A DNA stretch of 64,000 nt, taken from NCBI RefSeq assembly GCF_009914755.1, contig NC_060925.1. One strand, 5' to 3'. Every line of letters starts with the position of its first letter. The stretch's first letter is position 1. Shown one piece after another: positions 1 through 15,590 of this stretch. Both the position numbers and the translations under genes were made by a program. This DNA is from the human T2T-CHM13v2.0 reference genome, Homo sapiens. Under the pieces are notes generated by a model. The model was not told the DNA's origin. It saw only the letters and a list, made by a program, of their open reading frames with translations, and made no database searches.

Positions 1-546
1 CTCCACAGCAGTTCACCAGGTGAAATTCTACAAATCTTCGGCACTGCACCGGGCTAAATGTCACCTCTTCTCTGCAGCCTTTTCTGACCCTCTCTCTCAA
101 AAGAATGAAAAAGTTGCTTCCTCCTTTCTGTTTTGTGCAAATCTCTACGAGTACTCTTATTTCATATGACACTTATTTGCTTATAAGTTCGTCAACTATG
201 AGTCAGTGAGTTCCCCGAGGGCTTGGGACTGTGTTTCTTTTACCCTCTGTGCCCAGCATGTAGCACAGCACTGGACTTGCAAGATGTGTTTGTTATTTGA
301 ATTGAAATGGAGGGAAATAGCGAAGTCGGGACCTCTGAAATGAGGGGTCCAGGCCAGCCCAGGATCTTGTGGGAAGCATGAGTGGCAAGGTGGGGCTGGC
401 GAGCTGGGGGGCAGCAGCCACGTGGAAGGAACAGTCTCATGGCAATGCTGGTGCACACTGGATTAATGTCAGATGGGACGGAAGAAAGGTTAGTTTTTGA
501 CAGGCCTCGGGAGAAATCCATCTTCAGACAGCCTTAAAGAGTTGCC

Positions 547-1118
<572 letters not shown>

Positions 1119-1412
1119 CTATGCAAATCAGGCCTTGGCATTTTTAGGCCCTTTGCCCTGGCTGCCTGGTCTCCTGCAGAGCTTCTCTTCAGGGCAGGGT
1201 GGGGACAAGATGTGACCCAGGCTGGCCTGTGGCTCAACTTGTCCTCCTAAAGAGGTTCCTGCTCATGGCTTTGGTCTTCTGGGGGCAAGTAGGGGAAGCG
1301 CGGGTGTGCTCCCTTAAAAGTAGATCACACCTTGTCCTCTCTCACCCCTGTGCCTCCCTCTCCAGGTGTAAACTCTATATTTGACTTCCTTAAAGCCATC
1401 TGTCTGCAGTCA

Positions 1413-1937
<525 letters not shown>

Positions 1938-2299
1938 TCACATGCCTTCCTTGTAAGTGCTCGAGTGAGGACTTGAACTAGGTTTTCAGACCCTACATCT
2001 CTGACTCTGACATTTCTGACTGCAAATGCAGTCCCTGCCCTCAGGTAGTTCGTGGACTGGAGGGAAAAGACTGCTTCATGGCGGCTTCCAGGAGAATGAG
2101 CTGGGTGTAAAGCTTTGCTGCTTCTCCTGCCTTTGACATTCCTGTTACATGGTCCCATCCGTCCATTCAGAAAACACCAACTGATTGCCCGTGGCGTCCA
2201 GTCTCTTCTACGTGTGGAAGATCCACAACACCAGGCCCCACACATGCCCCTGAAGCACTTGTGGGCCACTGTTGACAAGCAGTAGTGGGTCACAGAGGC

Positions 2300-2460
2300 A
2301 GTTTAGCACATGATAAAGAGCTCAGGCTCTGGGATCTGGTAGGCCTGGGCTGGATTTCTGGCTCAGCTACTCACCAGGTATGTGATTTCGAGTAAGTTAC
2401 TTAACCTCTTTGAGCCTTAGTTTTCTCAGTCTGGAAGATGGGGCTAACAGTAGTTTCCTC
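2300..2460. mobile_element. MIR
   Basis: MIR core-like: ...agttacttaacctctttgagccttagttttctc... Confidence 0.7.
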
Positions 2461-2789
2461 GTAAGTTCTGAAGTTTCTGCCTAATTTTTATCCTTTCCAC
2501 AAGCCCTCCACATGTTCCTCCCCTCCAATCTGTTAATCTTCCCAAAGCCCTAAATCCCTGATTCTCTCCAACAGTTTTCCACAGCCAACAGGATATGGCC
2601 TAAATTGCTTAGCAGGCGTTTAAGGCTGGCCACAGCTGGACTCATTTATTCCACAATATTGATTGCAGGTCTGCTCTGGACCAGACCTGTGCTAGGCACC
2701 AAGAACTCAAAGGTATCTGCACTCCTGCAGCTTACAGACTAAGGGGCAAGAGTTAAACCAATGACTAAAATTTAAAGAATTACAAACTG

Positions 2790-3097
<308 letters not shown>

Positions 3098-3570
3098 CTA
3101 CTGAGATAAAGGGTGTAAAAGACAAAGATTGTGTTATGAGACTCTACAATAGGGGGGCCTGGCCTTGTGTAAGACTAGGGGAGGGCTTCCCTGATGAAGT
3201 GATGTTTAAGGGTCTAAAGGAGTTAATTAGGCAAAGTGGCAATAATGAGGAAGAGAAGAGGAAGAGAGAGTCAAGCAAATGGAACAATATGTGGAAAGGC
3301 TCTGAGGCTGGAGCTCAGACAGTCAGGGGGAAATGGTCAAAGATTAAAGTGGACAGAGAGGCCTGGCCAGGGCCTTTGGGGTCTGGATTTTGGTCTTCAT
3401 CTTGAGGGCAAGGGTGCCTATTGAAAGCTTTTAAGCAGAAGATCAACTTCAAGGAGGAGCCATTGGTGGAATGTGCATCTTGAAACCATCCCCCTAGATA
3501 CAGTGTGGAGAAAGGACTGGAGGGAGGCTGAAGTTGAAGAGAGGAAGTCAATTAGAAATGGGCCAGGCCA

Positions 3571-3933
3571 GGCTGGGCGCGGTGGCTCACACCTGTAATC
3601 CCAGCACTTTGGGAGGCCGAGGTGGGTGGATCACCTGAGGTCAGGAGTCCGAGACCAGCCTGACCGACATGGAGAAACCCTGTCTCTACTAAAAATACGA
3701 AATTAGCTGGGCGTGGTGGCAGGCACCTGTAATCCCAGCTGCTCAGGAGGCTGAGTCATGAGAATTGCTTGAACTTGGGAGACAGAGGTTGCAGTGAGTC
3801 AAGATTGTGCCATTGCACTATTGCCTGGGCAACAAGAGCAAAACTCCGTCAAAAGAAAAAGAAAAAGAAAAAAGAAAGAGAGAGAGAGAAAGAAAGAAAG
3901 GAAGGAAGGAAAGAAGGAAGGAAGGAAGGAAGG
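3571..3933 (+). mobile_element. AluSp-like with tail expanded into (GAAA/GGAA)n
   Basis: Alu 3571-3850 followed by purine tetranucleotide repeats. Confidence 0.95.
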
Positions 3934-5353
3934 AGCCAGGCCAAAAATGAAGGGGCTCAGGTTAGGAAGGTGACAATAGGGTGAGGAGAGGTGCACAGAT
4001 TTCAGAGAAATATAAAAGGCAACATGGCGAGACTTGGTGATGAATCGGACTGGGTAGGGGGAGGGATAAGAAGGAGTCTCTGGTTTCTGCTGGTGCAGTG
4101 GGAGGAAACCGGTGCCCGACCCAGAGGACGAATGCTGGTGAGGCTGCAGGTTTGGTGCGGGGACAGGAGGGCTGGCTTGGACAAGCTGGTCTGAGCTGCT
4201 TGTGAGCCAGATGTTGAGACATCAGCCACAGAACCCTGGCCCACCTTGACAGTCTCACCGCTGAGTATCAGACAGGACTGTCAGGTCAATCAGTTTTAAC
4301 GGTCCATCTTGGCCAAGCCCTGGAGTCCTCACGGGGGATGGAAAGGTGACAGGCTCTTTTCCTAGCTTGAAGGACCGCACAGTTTAGTAGACAGAGGAAG
4401 AAGCATAATTTCCATTCACTGTGTTGGAGGAAGTGGAGGAGCTGTGGGAGCAGGAAACAGCCCTTAGTTCTACCTGGGAGCCCAGGTCAGCAGCCTGCGG
4501 CCATCTGCCGCCACGTGAGACTACCCAGCACTTGCAGAGGGCTCCTGCTTCATGCCTTTGCCCCGGCACCCGTTCCATGTTTTTTGAGCACCCTTGTCTC
4601 CACTTCCACCTGTATGTATCCTACCCATCCTCAAAACCTATCCCAATGCTATTATCTTCATGAAGCCTTCCTAGGTCCTCCCCGTTGCTGTCAGCCTTCC
4701 TACTGTACCCCCACGCTTGCCACACGTAGCAATTGAGGCATGCTTCCTTGTGCCCAAGTCTGGCTCCCCACTAGATGGAGAGTTCTACCAGGGCAGAGGC
4801 GTGATTCTTCTGTGTCCCCAGAGCCGGGAACTGAGCAGGTACAGCCGCAGTCGCCGCATAGGCCAAGTAAAGGGGGCGTTTTCTCTGCGGTCCTTGGAAA
4901 CACTTGGGCATGCTCAGTGTCGCCCATTAGTCCCTAGAACCAGTCCCCTCACCCACTACTCTCCAACCTTCTGATGCTCCCTCACTTTGGCAGTCTTTAA
5001 CCTTTCAGGTTTTTCTCTTTCCCCACTCCTCGCCCTGCAGCCTTTATTTCCCAACGGCCGCACCCTCACGCTCCTTTCAGCGGAGAAATAGACCGCGCTT
5101 TGTGCGGAAGCTGTCAGCGAGCAAGCGTCCCGTCTCCTTTAAGAGTGATCCGCGAGGGGGTGTGGCTTGCGGAGAGCAGGCCCGAAAGGGGGTGCGGCTC
5201 CTTTAAGTATCCGCCGGCCCGAGGCGCGGAGGCCTCCGGCCGGCGGGCAGGGGCGCGGTCGGTCTGGGAGCAGCGGCACCGCCCGCAGCGTCCCGGTTCC
5301 TCGAAGTGGGGCGCGTCCGCTTTAATCGGGGAGAGAGATGTGGGGGCACGGGC

Positions 5354-5373
5354 GTTACATCAGCCGCCACGTG
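5354..5373. promoter_or_regulatory. Second CARE-like element plus canonical E-box
   Basis: GTTACATCA (5354-5362; minus TGATGTAAC) followed by CACGTG (5368-5373) within the CpG island. Confidence 0.5.
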
Positions 5374-6262
5374 TGGGCCTAAGCTGGCGTGGAGGCGGCG
5401 GCCCCGCCCCCGGCCCCTGCGGTGGAAAAGTACCGGGGCGCCGAGGTCCCCGCCCCACGGCCCCGCCCCCGGGCCGGCACCGGCCCCTCCCGGCCCTCCG
5501 GGCAAGCCCCACTCTCCCGCCCGGCCCGGCCCCGCCGCCTGCTCGAGATCTGCAGTGGCTGCCGGGTGCGGAGCGCCGGCCGGGGGTGGGCTCTCCAGGG
5601 CTGCTAGGCCCCTGCCCTCACCTGCGGCCGCCCGGCCCCGCCCTAGGTGTGCCGGTAATGAGGGTTGGGGTGGGGAGGGCACGGATTCTTCCCAGGGTAG
5701 CAACCCCCAGAGAACTCCCGGCTCGCTCGCAGTCCCTTCCCAAAGCCGCGGCCAGAGCGCGGACAAAGAGAGGCTGAGTGCGCCAGGACTCTCCCGCGCG
5801 GCTTCCCGGGTCCCGCGGGCGCACGGGCACTGGAACCGGCACCGGGAGGGCAGATAGGGAGGCAGGCCGGCTGGAGGGGCCAGATAGGCAGCCAGGCTGG
5901 CGGGCGCTGAGAGGCGATGGAGCGAGCGGGAGCCCGCACGCTGGGTGCAGGCACGGCCGACTGTCGACCCCTGCAGGCCCCCAGAGCGCAGAACCACTGG
6001 CTCCTCGGACGGACAGTGCCACGCTCTGGCTCCGGCGCTACCCGCACAGCCTGCGCCCGCCGCCCCCGATCGAACCGGCGTCTGGCGCCCCCCCGCCACC
6101 CCACGCAGGAGCTCCCCCCACTTCCCTCTCCCTCCCGCTTCAGCTCCTTGGTGACAGCGGTGACACCCAGACGCGCGCACCTACCCCGACCTTTGCGGCG
6201 AGACAGACATCCCGGTGCGTGCACCCACACTCTTACCCACAGATGCCCGCATACATGCGCGA

Positions 6263-6263
6263 T

Positions 6264-6292
<29 letters not shown>
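6263..6292. repeat. (CA)n microsatellite in CpG island
   Basis: Visible CA run. Confidence 0.95.
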
Positions 6293-6296
<4 letters not shown>

Positions 6297-6396
6297 TGGT
6301 CCTGGGGCTCAGCCCCGCGGAGCCGCCGAACACTCAGACCGACGGCAGGACAGACGGAGGCGCGGGCCCCAGCGTCCCTTCCCCCAGCCCCCTTAC

Positions 6397-6560
6397 CATG
6401 CTGCAGCCCCCGGCCCAGGCGTGCTGGGTCCGCACCGCGGTGCGCCCAGGTGGCTTTCTTAAAGGGAAAGTTGCATCAGCCTCCCGAGGCTCTGTGCCGC
6501 GCCGAGTTCGCCCGCCCCGCCGCGCCGCTCGCAGCTCTTCCACAGCCTGTTGTGTTTTGG
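6397..6560 (-). other. SLC6A9: Non-coding first exon, probably SLC6A9 (GlyT1a) exon 1; 5' boundary approximate
   Basis: Minus strand reads ...GGAGGCTGATGCAACTTTCCCTTTAAGAAAGCCACCTGGGCGCACCGCGGTGCGGACCCAGCACGCCTGGGCCGGGGGCTGCAGCATG|GTAAGG, with a strong donor (GT at 6396-6395). It matches my recollection of the GlyT1a 5'UTR, and the CARE inside it fits SLC6A9 being an ATF4 target. No coding exon is seen in 1-6396. Confidence 0.7.
6470..6478 (-). promoter_or_regulatory. C/EBP-ATF response element (CARE/AARE)
   Basis: GTTGCATCA (minus TGATGCAAC) matches the TGATGxAAx consensus, inside the first exon. Confidence 0.7.
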
Positions 6561-9500
6561 TTTCGGGGAGGCGGGGGCTAAGAGTTTGGTGAAAGTTTGA
6601 AGAGTGGAGAAGGCTTGGGAGATCTAGCCAAGTCCCTCCCCTACCCGAACGGCTCCCCTGGCCGTCCCCCCCTCTCCATCCCATCCCCTCCTCCCGTGCC
6701 GACTTCTCAGGCTCCTCCTCCCAGGGAATAAAATTACAAGTCTCTCCAGCTTTCAGATGATTGATCCCCACGAACCCCTGGGAGTGAGCGCCACAAAGGA
6801 GTCCCCTTCTCCGCCCCTGCCTCGCTGCCCTCCAGCTGGGGCCCTTGAGCAAGCAGATGTGGGCCCCTTCGGGCTAGGCTGGAATGAAGCCAGAAGGCCT
6901 GGGGCACTATGGGGGGCTGAGGCTGGAGTTAGCCCTCCAGGCCCCTGGCCTTCTGCGCCTGCGTTTCCCCTAGAGAGAAGTCAGAGCAAATTCCATTCCC
7001 TTTGGAGCAGAGCCGCTAGAGACTGTGGGCATTGCTGGGTAAGGCCTAGGTCCTACTCCTTGGAACTGGAGGGCTCGGGGTAGCCCTTTCTCAAATTTCC
7101 CTCCTGGACCACCGGCTTGGTCAGCTCTACTTTTGAGGTGGTGTTACAGGGGCTGCAGACACCAACCTGGGATCCCTCCTCCTTCCATGGTGAGACAGAC
7201 CTGGGTTACAATCTCAGCTAAAAAAGAGTCTTTGCCAAAAGGAGCATGGTGAGCCTCGGTTTCCTCCTCTGTGAAACAGAGAGAAGGGGCTAAGGAAATG
7301 CATGTGTGTGTATATAAAGCCCATTGCTCCAGGCTGCCTCTGGGGAGTGGTGGCTGGCATTTGGAATGAGCCTCCCACATTTGCATACCTTGTGAGAGCC
7401 ACCACCTTTCATGGAGAGTGGCCAGTTAGTTCTGTCAGAGGAACTGGTTTTTGCCCCAACCTGAGTAGGGCATCTGCTCAGGGAAGGGGCCCAGCCCACA
7501 GAGGCAATTTCTACTTTGGACCCTGAGTCCTCACCATTTTCTGGCCAGGAAACAGTTTAATTTTTTTCCTTGGGACAGTCAGCCTCCAAGAAGCGAGTGC
7601 ACACATGCCAAACTCACGTGAAACCAATTGTTGAGTGAGATTCCAGTTTATTAATTTATCAGAGGCACTGAACAAGATAACAGGCATCAAGCCCAGGCAT
7701 TCCCTGAAATGCGAGCTCTCTCAGGCCACACGCGGTCCATTCCACAAACCTTCCTCAGAGCCAAAGTACAAAGACAGCTCTCTGTTGTCTCCTATTCACA
7801 TTGGACTCCTGATCAGATCTGGGAAGACACCTTAGTCTTATCAGCGAGATTATTTTCACTTTTACTTTGTCCCCAAACCTAGTAGGTATAGCATGTTTGG
7901 GATTTTTAGTCTCCTACAAGCCAAGTGCAGGTGTTTCTTGCGTGAGTTGTGTGCACACACACCTGGATCTAGGCAACCTGTTGTGTCTGTGCCCCCAGAC
8001 ACCTGAGCCCCGATTGTGTATTTGTGTAGGTACATCTGTGGAAGACTGATTGTGTGCACTGCAGCAGGTCTGTGTAGTTATGTGTGTGCTCAATTCCTGG
8101 GACTGGGCAGATGGGGTCCAAGCCCTCTATATCTCTCCTGCCAGGACGTAACTTCCTCCATAAGTTTTTTTTAGGATCTTCCTCCTTGCCTCCTCGCTGG
8201 GGCTCATCAAAAGGGATACCACCCCAGGGAGGGCAGATGGAGGATGTCGAAGAGGCCCCCAAGTAGAGGAAGGCGGACAAGGAAGAGTATGAAGGGGAAA
8301 AGGCCTCCCTCCTTCTCCCTTCCAGCAGTAGGCTGGGGTGGGGACAGGCCTAGAAGAGGGCACTGAGCGCTAAGAACACTCAGTGAAGATTCCGAGAGTT
8401 TTCATGGCTCAGGGAATCCATATGAAGGGAGGCAGGTGTAGGGTGCTGCAAGCCAGACTTCCAGGATGCCCTCAGGCCTAGGGGCTTGGGGCCTGGGCTG
8501 TTAGAAGAGAGGAGGATGGGTGCTCAGGGGCCAGCCCTCTGAGGCTCCGTCAGAAAGAGGAAGGCTTGGGGACTAACCTAGGGACAGGGACGTGGGGTGA
8601 AGAGAAAATTTTCCTTGGAGTGTTTAGGGAGATTGGGGATGTTGGCCAGAGGGCTTTATTGGACTAACACTGGCATAGCTCAAAGTCTATTTGTATACAT
8701 AGAAACAGATTCATGGATATGTGTGTTTTACCCACCTTGAACCAGAAAGAGCTTCAGGAAACCACACAGCTGTGTCCTGAGGAGACACTTGTGAGAAAGA
8801 TTCTGGTTTGAAAAGTCATCTTCCTGAGACAGGGACTAGAGAGGCTGTTTTTTTCCAATCAGAATGAGGCCCAAAGGAGGCAGGTTTGGGCCCAGCCCGG
8901 GTGGGAGCTGGGATAGCCTCCGTCCCTGGCTGTGAGCCCCTGGCTCTGAGCAGCTGGCCTGCAGGGTGGGAAGGGCATGGCCAGCCTGGGCCACTGTGGG
9001 GCGGGCAGGGGGATCAGGACTGAGGACAGACTGGGGCAGGGGAGGGGATGGGGGACGGACGGGGTCAGACATTTTGACGGGCCTGCTTCTTCCTGGGGCA
9101 GGGCAGCAGTTGGGCTGGGGCCCACCCACCACCCACTGCAGGCTGAAATGTGGCTCAGGAGCCTCCAGTTACTGCAGCCAGTGGAGCTATTTCCTGGGAG
9201 GGCTGCATCCAGCGTCAGAGCCCCCAGGGCTGGCTGGTTTCCTCGAGTGGTGTCATCAGCCTGCAGGATCAAGGCCTCTGTTTCGAGATGCACATAGTCA
9301 GCTTAGGTGTGTGTCTAGTAGGAATATGAATAATGCCAGACTTGGGCCACTTCTGGTGGTCACTGCAGGAGCTGGCAGCACTGGGCACCTTGATGGAGTG
9401 GTGCTGGGGGCCTGCTGAGAAGGTGGGGGAGGGTGGACATTGCCTGTAGTTGAAGCCAGGCCTGGCCAGGGGTCTCCACCTCCTTAGAACCCCAGCCTCA

Positions 9501-11009
9501 GTAGCCAGGAAGCATTACTGGGAGGTGCCTGCCTGGGCTCTGCTCTCAGATTCTTCCTTTCTTGAACCTGGAGCCCAGTGGTCAGTGCCTGGCACCTCCA
9601 CTGCCCTGTCCCAATGCAGAGGAGCAGGTTAGATTGGTTTCAGACCTGAGAGCTGTCTCTGGGGCTCCAGGTACCCCTTAGGCCATCCTGTTGTGGTTTC
9701 TCTACCCCTGAAACCCCGCCACCCCAGCCCTGCCACCCCAGCCTTGGGGCAGCATAAGCCAATCATGGGGTTCAGAACAGGGGTTCCGGGCTGGACCTCA
9801 GTGGCTCCAGGTAAAATCAGGCATATAGACAGGAAGTATTGACTTTGGCGTTGTCCAAGGGGCAGCCCCAATCTCCAGAGCTTTCAACACCCAGACTCCT
9901 CAATCGCTTTGAGCTCCCAAAGTCCTGAATTCCCAATGTCAAGGGTGCCAGAGCACCCAACACTGTAGAGGACCCAAAACCCAGAGCCCCCAGTGCCAAA
10001 TTCCAGGGGGCCTGGGGTACCCAACATCCAGAGCACCCAATGTTCATAACATTCCATTTTCAGAGTGCCAGTGTTCCAATTCACTGCACCTGGAGGGAGG
10101 GAGTGGGGTCCCTGCATAACCAGGGTCCCTACATAACCGAGGTCCCTTCAGTGACCTATTATCTGAGGAGTGGCCATGACTGAAGTTGGGGCTGGGGTGG
10201 TGCTGGCAGTTGTAGTTCTTCCTCGATGCTCCCATCCTGGGTCTGGAGAGGTCGAGCAGGCTTGCAGGTGGGATGGCGTTCCCTCTGGCCTCAGCCCAGC
10301 CTGGTCACAGGCCCTGTGGCACTGAATGTCCATTTATTCACTCACCAAATATTAGTGCGCATCTGCCATGTGCTGGGAATTGAGCTCCTCTCTGGGAGTA
10401 CAACCGTGAGAGAGAAGGGGTTCCTGTTCTCCCAGATGGGACAGGTGACATTGTGCCTGTGCTGGTATGTCCGTGTGGTTCAGCCGTCTGTGGCCCACGT
10501 GTAGCTGTGGGCATGGCTATGAGAATGAATGGCTGTGAGTGTGATGGTGTTGGCGTGAGGCTGTGCCTGCAGCCCACATCAGCAAGTTAATGTGTGTGAC
10601 TATTATGGTGGGTCTGGCTGTGTCCGTCTGTCTGGCCATCCTAATAATCTCTCTTTGCCTCACTGCTATTTCAAGGATTGGAAGTAAGGCCCCCCTTCCC
10701 CTCAGACCCGAGGTACTGAGGGTCAGGCCTCACTGTAGGGAGGAACAGGCTGGTTCCTGAGCTAGAGACTGACCCCAGAGCTGCCCTGCTGCAGGGCTAA
10801 AGATTTCTCCTACTGCTCCTGCCCCTGCTGGACCCAGAGCCTCTTTGGATTGGGAAGACAGGAAGAGGGGTGGCTATAAGCCGAGCAGTCGACACCAAAA
10901 ATAGCCATCTGCCCTGGGGAGGATCCTCTGGCACCACTCTCTCCTCCAGTCCAGCCCAACCCGGCCCACTGACTTGGAGCCTCAGTAGGGCTCCTGTCTG
11001 ACTCCACTT

Positions 11010-11245
11010 CCCCAACTCTTATCTGAGTAACCCTCTCAGACTCAAAGGAGGGACACAGCAATGATGTCACTACAAATTATGGCATCATAAAGAGCTCTGG
11101 CAGCATCACAAGGAGTGACCCCAGACCGCGGGCGGGGCTCCATCTGCTGGTAGCTCCCCAGCAGGGATGGCAGGGCTGGATAAGCCCTGCGTGGGGCCCT
11201 GCCTTATCTGTCCCCCACACATATGTGATAAGCCTCTTACCATGG
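11010..11245. promoter_or_regulatory. Candidate GATA-cluster enhancer
   Basis: CTTATCT (11018, 11203), GGATAAG (11178), TGATAAG (11226), TGATGTCA (11062) and an E-box in unique sequence. Confidence 0.4.
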
Positions 11246-12039
11246 GCTGGCCCAGGGAGCAGGTGGGGAGCAGGCCGGAAGAGGGGAAAGGCCAGCTGGG
11301 GCTGGCTGAACTCCAGGGAAGAAAGCCAGGGTCAGGGAGTCCTGGCAGAACCCCAGCAAGGGGAGATGCAGGGTCACTGTTGGGGGCAGTGTGGAGCTGT
11401 GGTTAGGGCCATGGATTCTGAAGCCAGGCTGCCTGCATTTGTATTCCAGGTCTCCACTTAATGGCTATGTAAGCAGACCTCAGCTTCCTCAATATTCCTC
11501 ACCAGGAATACTATTAATATTAGCAGTGACTATCAACCACGGTATTGTTGTGGGGATTAAAGGATTTAATGTGTGTGAAATCGGCACAGAAGAGGGCCTG
11601 GCTCACAGAAAGCCCTCATCCATCCTCCTTCCTAGATCTGATCTTCCCTGGGAGCTGCCCACCATACCCAACAGCCCACTTGTGTGGCCGGGGCCTAGGT
11701 GGGGTTCCCAAAAGCTGCCCAGCCCCACACACATCCCACACCTACCCTGTCTGTAATCACCCTGAAACTCCCCAGGAATCCTGGCCTTTTCAGCATATTT
11801 TCTTCCAGCAATCTCCCCAGACACATTGTGGCCCTGGTGCCCTCTGGTGACAAAAGCCATACATGGCAGTTACAGCTGCATCCCCAGCACACATTGGGCC
11901 AGACAAGGTGCTGCCCCTTGTCTGATTATTTTGTGTCATCACATCAAGTTTTCAAAGTAGGAATTTTCTGTGTTTTCTAGAATGAGAGCTCAGGCAGGTT
12001 AACTAATTTGCTGCAGGTTATAGAACTAATAAGTGGTAG

Positions 12040-12110
12040 AACGTGAACTTGGATTCAGGTTGGCCTGTGTCCAAAACGTGAACTTGAATTCAGGTTGGCC
12101 TGTGTCCAAA
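12040..12110. repeat. ~35-bp tandem duplication
   Basis: ACGTGAACTTG(G/A)ATTCAGGTTGGCCTGTGTCCAAA occurs twice back to back. Confidence 0.9.
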
Positions 12111-12409
12111 AGCTATTATTTCACCCCATGCACAATATACTAGGGGGGATGTGCTGGCATGGCCACGGGGCCCAGTAGATGTTTTACATTATGAGCCATT
12201 CTCCTAGTTTGAGTATATCTATAGTTGAGTGTATGGCCATTGAGATTCTCCATCTGTGAATATAGAGCAGTGTGACCTGGTTTTGAGCACAATAAGGTTG
12301 GGTGTTGGCTTTTTTGTGGCTCTGTTGCGGCTGTATGATTGGATTGTGTGAGTGCAACCATGGCTGGGCTTGTTGTGAGAGATTAGCCATGGTGTGTGGG
12401 GCTGGCCTG

Positions 12410-12413
<4 letters not shown>

Positions 12414-12450
<37 letters not shown>
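12414..12450. repeat. (GT)n microsatellite
   Basis: Visible GT run. Confidence 0.95.
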
Positions 12451-12451
<1 letters not shown>

Positions 12452-13089
12452 GGTATGACTGTGTTGTGGAGGGGTGTATAGCCAGTGGGATTGTGTGGGG
12501 AAAGGTGACGAAGGGCCCTGAGTTCCCAGCGCCACTTGCCTTTTTGGTCCCAGGCCTGCATCTGCTCACCATGACTGCATGATGGATGGCTTCACATGCC
12601 AAACACGCTCCCAGGGGCCTACTCGGGTTCTCCTTCCCCCAACCCCCCTTTTATTTTTCGAGGAAGTAAAGCAAATAGTACCACAGATGGAGTTGGTCTT
12701 CCTTTTTTCCATGGGATATTTGTGAAAGCATTTTACATGCCTTTGAGTGATATCGAAAAAGAAGTGTCATTTTTAAAAAGTCAATGTGACTATTCTAATT
12801 AATTTGAACATCAGTTCTCAGGGTGTTGATTGCAGATCCCTGGGAATCTTTAAGACTCTTACAGGGAATACACAAGGCAAAAGCTATTTTCCTAACAATA
12901 CTAAATTGTTATTTGCCACTTTCAATTTATCGATATTTGCACATGATGTAAGAGCAACGGTGGGTGAAACTGTTGGCACCTAAGCATGAATCAAGGCACG
13001 GCACCCAACTGTACCAGTAATCTTTGTATTCTTCTCCACCATGGTGCATGACTAGTAACAATAGGAGGGAAAAAAGGGCCAGTTTTGCC

Positions 13090-13426
<337 letters not shown>

Positions 13427-13469
13427 TGAAGCAGTACAATTATTATTATTATTATTTTTTTAAAGGCAT

Positions 13470-13745
13470 CTGTTTTTTGTTTGTTTGTTTTATACTTTAA
13501 GTTCTAGGGTACATGTGCACAACATGCAGGTTTGTTACATAGGTATACATGTACCATGTTTGTTTGCTGCACCCATTAACTCGTCATTTACATTGAGTAT
13601 TTCTTCTAATGCAATCCCTCCTCCAGTTTCCCACCCCACGACAGGCCCCGGTGTGTGATGTTCCCCTCCCTGTGTCCAAGTGTTCTCATTGTTCAGTTCC
13701 CACCTATGAGTGAGAACATGCAGTGTTTGGTTTTCTGTCCTTGTG
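13470..13745 (-). mobile_element. L1PA 3' end, 5'-truncated
   Basis: TATACTTTAAGTTCTAGGGTACATGTGCACAAC... is the L1PA 3'UTR; flanked by the duplicated GTGAAGCAGTA(C/A)AATTATT. Confidence 0.9.
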
Positions 13746-13764
13746 AAGCAGTAAAATTATTGTT

Positions 13765-15590
<1,826 letters not shown>

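Larger units (their letters stand above)
5040..6680. promoter_or_regulatory. CpG island promoter
   Basis: Very GC-rich with dense unmutated CpGs and many GC boxes (CCCCGCCCC at ~5402, 5461), in contrast to CpG-depleted flanks; contains several consensus minus-strand splice donors. Confidence 0.95.

Noticed and set aside
6397-6560. Alternative identification as ECE1 isoform c exon 1 (ATG-terminal exon)
   Set aside because: The ECE-1c promoter is described as containing a CpG-CA repeat at its start sites, which is absent upstream here; the sequence and CARE fit SLC6A9 better.
5100-6852. Long overlapping ORFs (180-325 aa) on both strands
   Set aside because: Pro/Gly/Arg/Ala-rich frames expected from stop-codon scarcity in a CpG island; no recognisable domain.
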